Position numbers and translations under genes: made by a program. A DNA stretch of 63,894 bases, counting the filler, from Sphacelaria rigidula (taxonomy: Eukaryota), in NCBI GenBank assembly GCA_964200075.2. It is 5 parts of 5 records of this genome, joined end to end, with 100 filler letters (N's around TTAATTAATTAA, not from the genome) between each part and the next. Parts side by side here need not be neighbours in the genome. Positions count along the whole stretch, not along the records: positions 12,804 to 25,503 come from CAXNAA020003489.1; positions 25,604 to 38,302 come from CAXNAA020003490.1; 3 more parts are not named here. One strand, 5' to 3'. The notes beneath the pieces are model-generated. The model saw only the letters and a list, made by a program, of their open reading frames with translations, was not told the DNA's origin and ran no database searches. Positions 25,431 to 38,402 of the stretch are shown here, piece after piece. The stretch's first letter is position 1, and the number at the start of each line of letters is the position of its first letter.

Positions 25431-25503
25431 GATTGAGAGTAGATGATACGACTGAGAGTGGCTTTGATCATTCGCTTTATGTGAGTCATTTTTTTATTCC
25501 ACG

Positions 25504-25603
25504 NNNNNNNNNNNNNNNNNNNNNNNNNNNNNNNNNNNNNNNNNNNNTTAATTAATTAANNNNNNNNNNNNNNNNNNNNNNNNNNNNNNNNNNNNNNNNN
25601 NNN
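25504..25603. other. Artificial contig linker 2
   Basis: Same 100-nt linker. Confidence 0.98.
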
Positions 25604-25810
25604 AGTCGACACGTGACGAATCAATCAATCGCTAGGCTTTATTTCAGCGATTCAACCCACGTACACGCCGCCCAGACATGTGGAATGGCACAAACGTCGC
25701 GTGGATACCCCTTGGACATGTGATCATCTTTTTTCTCCCTTTTGGGCAATCAGGCCGAAGAAATCGTGAAATTGGTGATTTTGAGTCGTGATGATTTGTC
25801 CTAACCGTGG
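25604..25810 (+). repeat. Second copy of the 24995-25215 repeat (start of contig 3)
   Basis: Direct similarity by eye. Confidence 0.75.
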
Positions 25811-25879
25811 ACCCTTTTATGGTCTCACAGATTTGTGCAAATAACTCTGTACACAGACATGTCATTTTCTGCATGAGTG

Positions 25880-26310
25880 CGGTGTCGCGTACTCGTGAAG
25901 CCGAAGAGCGGGCAGGCGGTGAATAATCCTCCGAGTACAGCGTCGTACCGTGGTACCCTGCGGTGATGCAGTGCAGGACACTACATCATTACAGTAGTGC
26001 ATGATAATGCCGTGCGGTGGTACATGATGGCACAGTCGCTATTGCGATAATAGTGGACAAACAGACCACGGACTGGATTGTTGCAGTCAGCTTATGTGAG
26101 ATAATCATTCAATCAATGTGCGAGAAGAGTTCAGTGGTGCAGTGCCGTACATCACCCCTCAAGTACAGCGAGAACAGAGTAGGATAGTAACAGTACCGTT
26201 CGTTATGGCGATACATGCAACAGCGCAGTGTGGCATAAAATATTACCATCGCCGCAGCAAGGCACGGCGTCAACACTCATTATCCGCTAGTCAAACCCCG
26301 TGCGAAGCTG
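25880..26310 (+). repeat. Family A copy (partial)
   Basis: Aligns with 4835-5200. Confidence 0.82.
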
Positions 26311-28009
26311 CCTGCAATAGACAACACATCCTATACTATACGCAGTACAATTTTTTACAATGTAATCTATTGTCCAGAGTGTCAACGTTTGCTCTGTTGT
26401 AGTACACAACACAGAGTAGACTGAAAATTAGGCCGGCTTCTGCAACATGGCTTCAGGTGGGAAACATCTAGCGCAGAAGCACACGCGTTCATGCTCAACA
26501 AAAACAACAAAAAGCCGTGAAAATAGATGGCGGCTCGTATATTACGGCCACACTAGTTTGGGCAATATGCCGCGGAACCCAAATGGAGAATGGCAACTAT
26601 ACATGTTGGGTAATATTGGAACGGTGAACCGACACTCCATATTTTTTGCTCTTGAAGAGCATGTGGGGTGGCTGGCGATCCACAGCACGAGTCAGGTACA
26701 GTATTGTTCAGGCTCCTCGTCGAGCTCAATAGTAGGGGTAATTATTTTTGTTTGTCGAGAAAAATGCCTTTTTTTTTTCAAATCTTGGCTGTTCCGCGAT
26801 TTTTTTTTCGCGTGGTTCGGGGGCCCTTGGCTTACCCCACCCACTGGCTGCAACTGTCCGCGTTTGCTACATTTACATTTCGTACTCTACATAAAACTAC
26901 ATCCGGTCCATGTTGTAACAGTCGTGCGGGAAAGGGGATGCATCTGCGTTGCGCGACCATGCGAACGATATCCAGACGGCAGACGCTGAAATGCTTCTGC
27001 AGCACACTGCGTACATGGGCAAGACGAATGGATGGTGGTGAATACAGAGGATGTCAAACCCGGAGATACGGCCGGGACCCTGAATAAGAAGCGTTGGCCG
27101 TTTGCGAGAAGAGGAGCCCCCTTGCGGAGCACCTCGCTACTACAATACGGCTTTTTCAAGGAACTTATCGCTGCTCCCCCTCTCCCCCCGCTCCGTCAAC
27201 GTTCAAATTCTTCCTTCGTGGTGCTTCGGTGGCTGCCCCGTTCGCAGAGATGGCAAGCACGTGCGGGAGGACTAACCTGCGAGCTTTTCCCTACCCGGAG
27301 GTCAGTACGCCTCTCTTCTTTATGGGCGCTACAGGGCGCGCGGTTAGCTCGTTGAACTAATACGTGACGTTCGGCGCTGTCAACAAAACGCTTCTTACGT
27401 AGCCGAAACAGCCGTTTTAGAAAAACCCGTCAAAGAGCATGAGCAGGTCATTATTTCGTCCACATATAACACTCTCCCATGACGTGGGCCGGAGGAAAGG
27501 TAGTGCGAGTCTGTGTATGTACGCCACGGTAGGTAGCATTCACTTCACTGTACCCGGATGTGGTCTCTGAAATCACGTAAGCTCGAGCGGCTGATGGTAT
27601 GCCTCAATCGCCATTCTTCAAACTCGATTATTCTCGTAAATGATGGTGCTCATGGCGCCGATAGCTGTCTCATTGTCTCATTATCGTCGAGACATTCAAG
27701 TATGGTACACTGATCACATAGTCCTCCGGAAGTAGTGCGGGCTCGTTCTTAACTCTCGAGGAAACTCGAGCACAAATAATCGTAATTATCAGAGAGCTGC
27801 GATATACGAGCGCCGAATTTTCCGATACAAACACGCATGGGATATTTTTCTTCGTAGGCTCTCAAGTGCCAGGTGTCATAATCCACATGCTCCAGGACGA
27901 TCCGCATTTCTGGCACACACGACGATGGAATTGCAACCAAGAGTCGGGGTCGTCCACGAATCTCAGGCGAGGGATAATAACAATCAAATGCATTGTTCAC
28001 GAGACGTAC

Positions 28010-28318
28010 ATGCGGAGCTTTTGGCACTCGTGGCGGTTGTTGCTTCCTTTTCTTCTTTCGTCCCGTCGCCTCAGTCGCTGCTGCCGCCTGCTGCTCCAAG
28101 TAGCTCGCGTAGTCTGACTCCTCCTGCACAAGCTGCATGAGGGGGGCCTTGTTTTCATCCCATGCTTTCGCCGCCCCTTCCCCGCCGCCCCCCATATGCT
28201 CTCCTCGTCCTTCAGCCAGTATATCCGCCTCTGCCTCTCGAACTACCCCGCTCGCTACCAGCTCTTGCAGCTTTGCTTTGGCGCGCAATTCGTCGCGCAG
28301 TCCTTTCGTGAGGATCCT
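28010..28318 (-). CDS. TruB-family pseudouridine synthase, putative exon 2
   Basis: Acceptor ccctgcgccAG|AGG ATC CTC and donor CAT|GTACGT, both phase 0; joins exon 1 to read VVQKIK-RILTKG and ends in basic GRKKKRK..PKAPH, where motif II is expected next. Confidence 0.65.
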
Positions 28319-28579
28319 CTGGCGCAGGGACATACACGAATAACGATCAGTCGGTGCTCTGTCCTCTGAGTATCCACAGATAGCGGCAAGCATATCTGGC
28401 AGTCCTTCGTTCTTCCGTCACGTGGACACTGGTTTGTCAGATGGGAACACAACCTGAGGGCCTTCGGGTTGTAGTGGCCGACGCGGGGATTCTGTTTGTT
28501 TGTTAACCAAATTGCCTCGGCAAATAAATTACTGTCGCGGACTAACCTTCATGATTTCTTTCTTCAATATGGGGGGGAG

Positions 28580-29140
28580 GTACTCAATTGTTGATTGCCT
28601 TTGTAGTTTGACCATTGACCACGCGTCTCTTTCGAGGCGGGGCATCGTTCCTACTTCGAACAGAGACACCTCCAACATCATACACGGGGGAAGGGGGACA
28701 GGGTGTACTCATGATTTTGCATGCCGTAGTCATATCACCTCGCATCACTACAGAGTCATGAAGGAGCACGCCGGGTTTTCGCCGGACCAGACTCGCTGTC
28801 AATCACCAAGCGCCAAGCGCCGTGACGTGTTCGACGAGTCGCATGGAGGGCGAGCTGCAAGATTGCTCCGCTCGAAGCGTACTGATTATCTCGCGTTTGG
28901 ATGACAGCCTCCAATGAGTTGCTTCATTTTCTGATATTGCCACTTACTGAGACAGCCACGGCTTACACACTACGCCATGGGTGTCTCCCCATGTAAGCAT
29001 TACGTCGTACAGTATAGTCATCCCCTTTGCGCGGAATTGAGGTTCTTCAACTCCCCACCAAACGATCTAGATCGACCACCATCATAGTTACCGCAAAATA
29101 GACGCAAGCGCGCAAAAAAGAACCCGGCAATCTGGTCGTA
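28580..29140 (+). repeat. Dispersed repeat family B copy (in TruB intron 1)
   Basis: CAATCACCAAGCG..AAGCGCC.TGA core; inverted copy at 35600-36040 and fragments at ~38228-38300, 51030-51090, 51205-51320, 53660-53735 and 57700-57895. Confidence 0.88.
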
Positions 29141-30114
29141 TGGGGGAGGGGAGGTCCATTGTGCACGCAAGCATCTCACCCTCCTCGACAATGAGAGAAG
29201 TTCAGCAGGGACATTTCTCTAAATATGATTCAATGTCCCACATTGACATATTGTACAGCAGTATCACGTTCACGGTTCCCTCTCTATGCCGAGGGGGTGT
29301 GCCTGATCAAACAATCTCCTGTAGCGTGGCCACCCGTTTGCGAGAAATCGAGGCTGGGTTTCTCGTTGCTTCTGTTGACTTACTCCGTATAGGAGCTATG
29401 ATATCTGCATACAATTAACTTTTTGGGTGCGCGTGTCGGTGTCGACGGACAACGGCGCTACCGGCGGAGGCAGCGACAAGTGGAAGTGGTCCACGCTGTC
29501 CACCCGAAAATATAGAGATATTTCAATAGTTTTACTAGTTGTGCGAGTTTGTGTGCGCAACGCATTGTCATTTCTACACCCGGTATAGTATTCTCCCACA
29601 CAAACACCGGTGTGACTCCAATTCCTCCAACATATTGATTTGAACCCTGCCGCGTTCAACTACTTTCGTCCTGTCCTGGGAATGGTACACGATAATCAGT
29701 GCCTCGTATGCGCGCGCACATGTACACGTATTACCTCTGACCGTCGCCTTTCCTCTCTTGCATGACATTCTCGAATTCGCGGGCGGCTTCTGGTCACACT
29801 TTACGCTCGTAGATTCACTGTTGTACAGTTGTACTGCATCTTTCGGTCCCACGGTGTACACCACCCGGGGCGGTTAGAAACGTCAACCTAACTCGATTTT
29901 CTCCTGCAGCTACGTCTGCCGCGCCGTCAAAAGTCGTGTTGTTGAAAATATCTTGGCGAGACCTCTTGGTAAACGGAGTATTTATGTGGCCGTCCGCGGG
30001 GGCTTGTTGAGAGGAAAATCAGAGTCCGGGTCCTCACCCTCGGGTGGTATACCCCGTATAGCACCTATGATACGGTACTGTACTATGGACACACCTCACA
30101 TTTGAACAACACAC

Positions 30115-30639
30115 CTTGATCTTTTGCACAACATTCGAAGACGACCACCCCTGGGGCTTGTAAACGGCGAATATGGCATCCAAGTGGGCCGTTTTCGAAA
30201 CTGTTTGATGCGGCTGCTTGTGCGACTTCTGCTTCTCGGCGGGTCCCCGCGCCATGGCCACTTGCGTCTTCTTTTTCTCCTTACGTTCCATCCACCAGAG
30301 CATCGCTTTGCGGTCGTCGTCATGTCGAAATGCACTCAATCGTGCGATTTGCTGTTGTTGTTGCTGCCGAACCAAGGATGAACAATGACCCGAGATATTA
30401 CCACCTGAGCCTTGTGATCGTCGAAGCCGGAGTGCACCAACGATTGGGCTGCTTAGTCGCGACGCTTTTGTCGCGCACAGCAACGACGAGCATAGCCTGT
30501 GTCTTGCAGCTCCGGCCATCTGCGGCATAGCGGTTGGAATGAATGTGGTCGGTGTACTCGTTGTAGTATTGGAAATGATGAGTAGTAGCACATGCAACAG
30601 CAGTATTGTGCACGCTGGTGATGCTGTGGGTGACCACAT
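30115..30639 (-). CDS. truB: TruB-family tRNA pseudouridine(55) synthase, exon 1 (presequence + motif I)
   Basis: DAIFAVYKPQGWSSSNVVQKIK matches TruB motif I (G.L.xxKPxGxTSxxVVxxxK); phase-0 donor AAG|GTGTGT; catalytic HxGTLD motif not found in this contig. Confidence 0.8.
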
Positions 30640-31061
30640 GAACTGTTAGCTGCGTGCCGGCGAAGCAAATGGCACACCGCGCACACCGTGGGTCGCAGAT
30701 CCGAACTCAGTATGTTTATATTTTGTTATATTGTACTTTTGCTTCAAGAAGTTCCCGTTGGTAATAATACGAATCAACGATGACAATATCACACACACAG
30801 GAACCCATCACGAATGCATCGTTTGTATTATAATATCTTCATAAAACTAGTAATATGTGTGCCGAGCCTATGGGATTGCCTTGTGCTGCCCAGGTTTTGG
30901 GTACAAGTTCGAGCCAACCATGAAACCATATATCCTTGACAAAGCCATTATTCACTGTTGTACCGCATAAATATAGCCATATTGTGACTGCCGCTGTCTC
31001 GGGTGAACGCTACGCTCGTCCCTGCTATTGTATTGTACTGCCAAAGAGGTCGGGTGGAAAC

Positions 31062-31169
31062 ATGGGGAACGCAGCATCTGCGTTACCCTTTGTGGTGGGA
31101 GAGGAGGTTGCGAGCTACCCGGAGAGTCATGAATCTACCTACTGGCGATTGCATAGGGGGACGAAGAGG
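31062..31169 (+). CDS. SCY1-like pseudokinase exon 1
   Basis: MGNAAS...YWRLHRGTKR; donor AGG|GTCAGT, phase 0. Confidence 0.82.
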
Positions 31170-32700
31170 GTCAGTACTTCGCCTGCATGTCCGTTGGTGT
31201 CCTGTTATGTATCTATTGTACTGGACCATCCTATTCTGAAGTCCACGACGCGCGATATGATGTCGAATGTAATGTAATGCCATGCGAACAGCTATCGGCC
31301 ATGGAATCAGGTGCGCTCTACGCCAGCTTGACTGTACCGTGTGCACAGTTTCGTATTTTGAGGTCGTCCATGAGTGCGCTCCGTGCCTTGTATCATAATT
31401 TAATAAGAAAAAATGGCGAGCCCGTGTGCGCTACTGCGGAGTGATGGAACAAATCGAAAAGCCGCCAGCTAAGAGCCTCCAGAGCATGTTCCGAAACACC
31501 GCTGCTCCTACTTTCTCCGCACGATCACCGGTAGCCACGCACAGTACGACATACAGCATTATTTCTACGTGCTGAATGCAGAACACTGTCCTTACCCAGT
31601 TACTCCCTTGCTCACTTGTCGTGTGACGTTTACGCTGAACATAATGTCATTATAAACCGTAAAGACTGGGGGCAAACGTGAGTATCACCAACTCATGACC
31701 AGTAGCCCGCTTCTATCACCAACATATACACGACTTTTCTCTGGAGCTGGAGTCACCCTCTGACAATTCTGTTTCTATTTCCACGATCCCACACAAGGGC
31801 CGAAAATTCTCTAGAAGCTCACCTGACACTATGAAGCGTCGTGAAAAAGCACCCCACCATGGAAGGATGGAGAATTTTCGAGTATCTCAGGCATCAGCCT
31901 GCAAGGAACCTATCCAACATGCCATGCCACACACCAGTTGTCAATACAGGCTGGTTCACGCTTCTCACCCAAAAAAATTTCATCAGCAAATGCCTTCCGC
32001 AATACCTACTATCGCATACATGGTATCATACTGACTGCCATGGACAGCTGCAGAGTGTGACATAGCCGGATTTGTGTCTAAGGCCATAGTAGTGGCGCTA
32101 AGGGCGAAAAGGTATATCGACCAATCAGCGCCCGTCAAATTGTTCCGATATCGAAATGACAAATTTCAAGCCCAGTTTTCACCCAATCTTCACATGCTTC
32201 AAATCGTAGTAGCCGTCATCGGCTCGGGAATCTAACAAAAAAACATATTAGAAGACGATCAATCATCAATGAAGACCCAGGGAGCCTCGTGACGGTGTCC
32301 CCCATGTCTGTTGTAGAAAAGCTCAGATCGCCCTAAAACTTGGCATTTCCGTAGATAATGATGCTCCAAATGGAAAAATTGTATCCTTGACAATATTTTC
32401 AACAGTCTCCGTTCTCTAGCGGCTTCCGTGGGTCCCAGTGTGAAGACCCCCGGAGGGTGGTACACAATGCCCCCCCCCCAAAAAATAACAAAATGATGCG
32501 TCCCGGGATAGTCCAAGGAGCACATGTACAAAATTTGGTGGAAAAACTCGAAAATGTCATACAGTTTTTCTTGCCTTGATGTAAAATTCGCCCAAAAAGA
32601 CGCTTCCATACTGAAACCAAGTAGTTCGGAGTTGCACGTTTCAAGCCCACGTCCGCCACAAACCCGCAAACCCGCAAACCTTCAAGCCCTTATGAAGAGT

Positions 32701-33090
32701 CAGACCCAGAATTTTTGCACAAATACGTCATTTGTCATCACGCAACTTTCTATGGGTGTGGTTTTTTTACTTCTTGAGGTTTTGACCGTTTTTCGGGGGT
32801 CCGACGGGATCCAAGTTGTTTTTCGAAGTAGTCTACATTATAGGACACCGCCAATTGAAGGAGTTAGACCCTGAAATTTTGCACGACTGTGCTACAGGTC
32901 ATTACACAACTGTGGGTGAACGTTTTTTTTTTTAATATCGTTTTACGGGGGTCCGATTGGATCGATATTTCCCCGAAAAAATTGGACCCCCCAAAAACGG
33001 TGAAAAAGTTAAGAAGTGAAGAACTAACCTCGACCTTCGAGAGTTGCGTAATGCCCCATATAACATTTTGTGCAAAAATCAGGGTCTAAC
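32701..33090. repeat. ~100-bp unit x3 (two direct, one inverted) in SCY1 intron 1
   Basis: AGACCC.GAA.TTTTGCAC...CGGGGGTCCGA at 32702 and 32865; reverse complement at 32983-33090. Confidence 0.7.
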
Positions 33091-35005
33091 ACAACGGCGT
33101 GAGGTTTTGCCAATGAATATTTTTGGGGTGATGAGCGTGAACCAGCCTGTAGGCCAGCTCCTTTCAAGCCTTCCGTACAGGGTAGGTGGTCCCCAGCCGC
33201 GAGATACCACGGATAGACACCACATCCACCCGTGGGAGCATGTGAAAAACAATTGTGTTGGCATCCCTTACAACGTCACATTACATTCGTCAGGGGCTGG
33301 TACCAGCACAGGTATCTCCGTATGTCGTTATTCGGGGCGGTGGGCGCAAACGAGAGGGGTTTGTTTATGTGATTCAGCCGTGATGTCAGGGTTCAGGCGT
33401 TGAAGATCAGTCGCCCGTGTTACTCCTAAATTAGATCTGGCACCCGACGAGCTCAAGCCGCCAGCTTGACCCAGGTCCTACTAAGCGTCAACCAGTCTGT
33501 CTATGCCTTAAAGCGTTATGCATGCAATATCTGTACGAGTAGGAAACATGGAAAGAAACGTGGAGATGAGCAGCTCGCTTTCATTCGTTGTTTGTTCAAT
33601 TCCTTGAAGGCCCAACGCTTTCATCTACTGTCAGTTGATGGATGGTGACATGAACCGGCAGTCTGGGAAGGACCGCTCTCGGATGAACTTCCAAATAATC
33701 GCTCATTCGATACCCTGTCAACTTGGCAGGAACTGCAGTCCGATTTCCTGAGTAATCATGTGCCAAGCAACCAGTTCAGTTACCGTGTGATTTTGAACGT
33801 CACAGCTCTGTACTGTTTTGCCTGCTGTAGATACAGGACAGCGTTCACATGTCGAGCACTAGGCCTCCTTTCGGAATGATATCATATCCTGATCTTTTGA
33901 TAACCGGTATTCTCGGTACTGCAGCTGAGCAGCTCCTCTCTGTTTACGACCACCACCCCTGACGATGGCGTACCATGTATTCTATTCTGTGAAACCCAAA
34001 GCCTATTTGACGTAGAATATTTATTTTCCACATTTTTTCAGTGTTCCCTCTATTGTAGGGTCCATCTCACGGCGTCGGGAGCCTCGAGGAGTCAACAAGA
34101 GACTTCGCGCGCCTGTACTTTGTACAGCGATTTTGACCCCCCACCTCTCCCGCACGGACGGAGGAGCTTGCGAAAGATTTAAGGTTTGGCACGCCGCTAC
34201 TAACAAGCAAAGACACACCATTCAATGACCTCTAAGACTGCAGAACACACAGTCACCAGGTAACCTACCTGCATGAAGTGTCCATCCGGCTTTGCAGAAA
34301 ATCTGATTCACCCGGTGTGTGATTCCTGAGAAATTTCTCGTTACGATGATGCTCTAGGTACAGCTTGTGTCATAGCGTCGACGTTTCCGTATTTTTTGCC
34401 TTATACGTCGGACTCTAGCCTATCGGTGCTCATAATACGTTATTCCTTAATATGTGAACCACATGATGGATATGCTGTCGCCCAACACTTGACGAGTGAA
34501 GATCTTCGGATACATAGATTGAATCACGCCGCGTAATGTCATGCCTGGTCTTCGACATATGCCATGAACCCACCTCGTGCTCAGTTTGTTTTTGCGACCA
34601 ATAATACCGCCCAGGACACAATTTACACTCCGCATGAGTCACGGTATCACCCACACGCTAAAACCACACCCCCGTGAATAACAACACCCCTGGTTCATCG
34701 ATTTTCCGCGATTTTGACATAATGTCGGCATCTGCAGTTGTGTATCGGGATACGTTGTATACCACCCCCTCAATAACACCCGTGGAGGGTGACCTCGTAG
34801 GATTCCAAAAATACTCAACCCCTGTACCTTATACTGTACTCTTCGTAATTTGGTATAAAATTTCGCGTCCAGTCCTGGTACCATCGAATTTTTACCGCTA
34901 TCCGTCGCCATTCTTTCCTTAAATGAGTTGAAAAGACAACAAAACCACCGAAAAAAATCAGATGCATTCGTCCCCTGTGCGTTAACATGTGCGCTGCCTC
35001 ATCAG

Positions 35006-35174
35006 AGTGGTGGAGATCCTGTGTCCATATTTCGGCTGACGCTAAAAATGTGCCCAGTATACGCCCAAATGGGTGGACGACATGGCTTCCAAAAGCTCAG
35101 GACGCTGCGACACCCGCACGTGCTGGCGTGCTTGGATTCAGCGGAGCTTGAGACGGAAGTCGTCTTGGCTACCG
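35006..35174 (+). CDS. SCY1-like pseudokinase exon 2
   Basis: catcAG|SGGDPVSIF...KLRTLRHPHVLACLDSAELETEVVLAT G|GTACGT; VSIF and LRTLRHP are SCYL hallmarks; ends in phase 1. Confidence 0.88.
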
Positions 35175-35599
35175 GTACGTGTGTATGTAAAGCCATGCTC
35201 CATTTTGCCTACGGCACTAGGCGACAAAGTATACCCCCCTCCCCCTTCCCCCGGGGGTGACGAATTTATCAACCATGACTCTCTCGAGAGGTAACTATCT
35301 GCAGTACCGGTGTCGACGACCGTGTTCTGTTTTGCCTACCGCAAGTACTGGAGTATAACATACACGCCTGTAGGTGATTAATATATCGGGGGGATTCTGC
35401 CGTTACTGTACGTGATATCAGTCATGCTCCATGTTTCCTGCCCGTAGATAACGAACTATACCCCCCCTCCCCCCGCCCTGGTCCGGCGAAAACCCGGCAT
35501 GCTCCGTCCCGGCTTTGAAGGGGCGGAACCCCTATGGGGTTGGCGTCGGTTGGCGATGACGCTGTAGAACACGCCACTCACCGCGTGAGCTAGGCAACC

Positions 35600-36040
35600 A
35601 GGTTACCGATTTTTCTGGCGCGCTTGTGCTTTTTTTGCGGTAACCATGATGGTAGTCGAGCTAGATCATGTTGTGCGGCGTGGGAGAACCTCAATACCGC
35701 GCAAAGGGAGTGACCATACTACGTAGTGCTTACACGGTGGAATACCCATGAGGCAGTGTGTAAGCTGTGGCTGTCTCTAGTGGTAACGATATCAGAAAAT
35801 GAAGCAACTCATTGGAGGCTGTTATCCAAACTGCAAGATAATCAGTACGCTTTGGGACGAACAATTTTGCAGCTCGCCCTTCATGCGACTCGCCGAACAC
35901 ATCACGGCGCTTCGCGCTTGGTGATTGATTGGGAGCCTGGTCCGGCGAAAATCCGGGGTTCTCCATCCCGGCTCTGTAGGGATGCAAGGTCAATGACCAT
36001 ATGACCACGTCATGCAATATCATGAGTACGCCCCCCACCC
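35600..36040 (-). repeat. Family B copy, inverted relative to 28700-29140
   Basis: Reverse-complement similarity. Confidence 0.85.
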
Positions 36041-36489
36041 CCCCGGTGATGACTATCGAAACCGTGGTTGTGTTCAAGAGGGAAAGGCTCTGCAGTCCTC
36101 AGAGACTCCCGTTTAACGGAAAAATCTCTACGACATTTTTCCCAGGAAAAGTTTTCATGATCCGACCGCTCCTATTTTACCGACAGAGTCGATTTTGAAA
36201 ATTGTGTCACCCGATCACTTACATACCCCTCTTCATCGTCTGTACCTCGTCATCTTTGACAAAGAACAAGTGAGAACATCCCGCCACCCCGCACCCTCTT
36301 CAAGCGCAAGCTCTTTTCACTTTTTCAATTTCGTTCTCAGGGACTTCATGATATAGTTATGTGCCGTTACATGTGTTGTTCATCAGTGATGTACCAGTAT
36401 ACTTGAGGACATTCTTGGGAAGTCGGTGCAGGTGTTGATTGCTGCTGTTTTGCTTGCTGCCGCGTTGCTGTTGTTATTGATAATGTCAG

Positions 36490-36554
36490 AGGAAGTCATA
36501 CCATTGAGGGAGTGGGTGCGGGAGCACTGCGAGGAAGGGAAAAAGGACGACCAG
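36490..36554 (+). CDS. SCY1-like pseudokinase exon 3 (gene presumably continues beyond the contig)
   Basis: gtcAG|AG GAA GTC gives AT-E-EVIPL (SCYL VTE.V.PL); donor CAG|GTAAAC; phases consistent with exon 2. Confidence 0.8.
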
Positions 36555-36984
36555 GTAAACTTCTCACCCTTGAACATTCGTCGGACGTCACTCGTACGTA
36601 GCGTACCACCCCTCCCCCAAATAAAATCACGACAAGAAATCACCCTCAGGCCGACTATTCCGGTTCGTTTGTTCCCCGCGTTTTTTTGCAACGAATTATG
36701 AGGAAAAAATACCGCTAGGAAAATACCATGAGAGATGTTGACCCTAGTTTACGGTTCCAGATATATTTTTGAGGGGGGTGGGGTATCAAGAGAGTGGGGA
36801 GGTACCAAAAGCACGGTCAGCGGAATTCAAAGGGGTGTGCACGCCAAGGCGAGGTACAACTACCTCAAGACTTCGCCATGCCAAGCTTCCTGTGTTTGTG
36901 TAAGAAGACGTGAAACGTGAACCTCCCCCGATCGCTGCTGGCCCAGCTCGCACTGTGTGCAAACTTATATCTTCAGTCTATACT

Positions 36985-37445
36985 GCCGTATCCCGTATGC
37001 GGCAGTACAGACATTAGTACGATACTGTCTAGTACTGTCTGTACTGCACTCCTTGACATCAATTTTAGTGCAGCCGTTGTATATTACCGTCTCCAACCTG
37101 ACATGTGCGCATGTATACTGCCGTATGCAGCAGGCAAAGAGCATTGTATTGCTTAGTTATGTCTGTACCGCACGTTGCCCACATCATATTTAGTACAGCC
37201 TTTGTACTACTGTACTGGCAAACTAGCATTTCCATCCGACTGTACTGTTGAATGCGGCAGTACAAGCCATGTACTGTCTGCACTGCACGTCATCCAAATC
37301 ATTTTCGGCAGCCGTTGGGTGCAGCATAGGATGTGAATCCTACTGTTGAATGCGGCAGTGCAGGCAGTACAGTACTGCCCGGTGTTGTCTGTATCGCACG
37401 TTGTCCACATATATCACGCTGTACGCATCATTTTTGCTACAGCCG
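36985..37445 (+). repeat. Degenerate ~115-bp tandem repeat (about 4 units)
   Basis: Recurrent TGTCTG(T/C)A..GCAC...CATC..TTT...CAGCC. Confidence 0.6.
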
Positions 37446-38302
37446 TGCGTACTACTGTTGTGTGCAAGCTGACACCTACAACTCACTGCATGAGACAGCA
37501 CAGACAGTATCCTGTAATCTCTGCGCTGGGTACTGTCTGTGCTGTAGGTTTTCGAGAGCACGGTCGATGCCAATAGATCATCGGCCCCTGACGACGTCTC
37601 GCGTGTGCCGGTATGGCGAAGCAAAGTTTGGTCTAGTGTGTAAAACTGGCGCTGGGGATGTTCAACATTGCTGTCAGGAGAGCCCCGCAGATGTCGAAGG
37701 GCACAAACATATTCAGGGCTGGCGGGCATTGCTAGTCTCGCCGCGCCGCGAATTTAAAAGGCGAGAGAAAATACAAGTCAATCTCGTCTCGTATTTTTTG
37801 CATAAAATACAAGCCAGGAGGGCCCATCTCGTATAATTTCCCTCGTCTCGTATATTTTCCCTGAGAATCTCGTGAAAAAACGAACCGTTACTAGCCATAT
37901 CATATTTTCCCCTCGTCATTTGCAAAAAACGAGGCGAAAAAACGAACCGAAAGAAACGGTGGTGATTTTCTCTCTTTTCTTGGCCCCATGCCAGTTCCTT
38001 CAGTGCTGTACCGGGATACGTTGTATATCACCCCCTCCCTATGTCCATCGCCACGTAGTTCGGTGTATACATTTATTGTGTATTCGACACTCCCGGAGAC
38101 TTGTATCTTTTTCACTCAAAACCCTGAGAAAATCATGATACCGAAAAGGCACAAACAGATTTTTCTGATCGTTTTTTACCAATGGCAAATGATACACCTA
38201 GGGGAATTTACGCTCAGACCGTGTTCTGGGGGGTGTACTCATGATCATGCATGCCATAGTCATCAGACCATTCACCTCGCATCCCTACAAAGCCGGGACA
38301 GA

Positions 38303-38402
38303 NNNNNNNNNNNNNNNNNNNNNNNNNNNNNNNNNNNNNNNNNNNNTTAATTAATTAANNNNNNNNNNNNNNNNNNNNNNNNNNNNNNNNNNNNNNNNNN
38401 NN
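38303..38402. other. Artificial contig linker 3
   Basis: Same 100-nt linker. Confidence 0.98.

Noticed and set aside
27749-28393. Stand-alone 214-aa ORF
   Set aside because: No ATG at its start; better explained as TruB exon 2 plus flanking intron
9367-36554. Apparent organellar RNA/translation cluster (PTH2, PPR, TruB)
   Set aside because: The genes lie on three different contigs joined by artificial linkers
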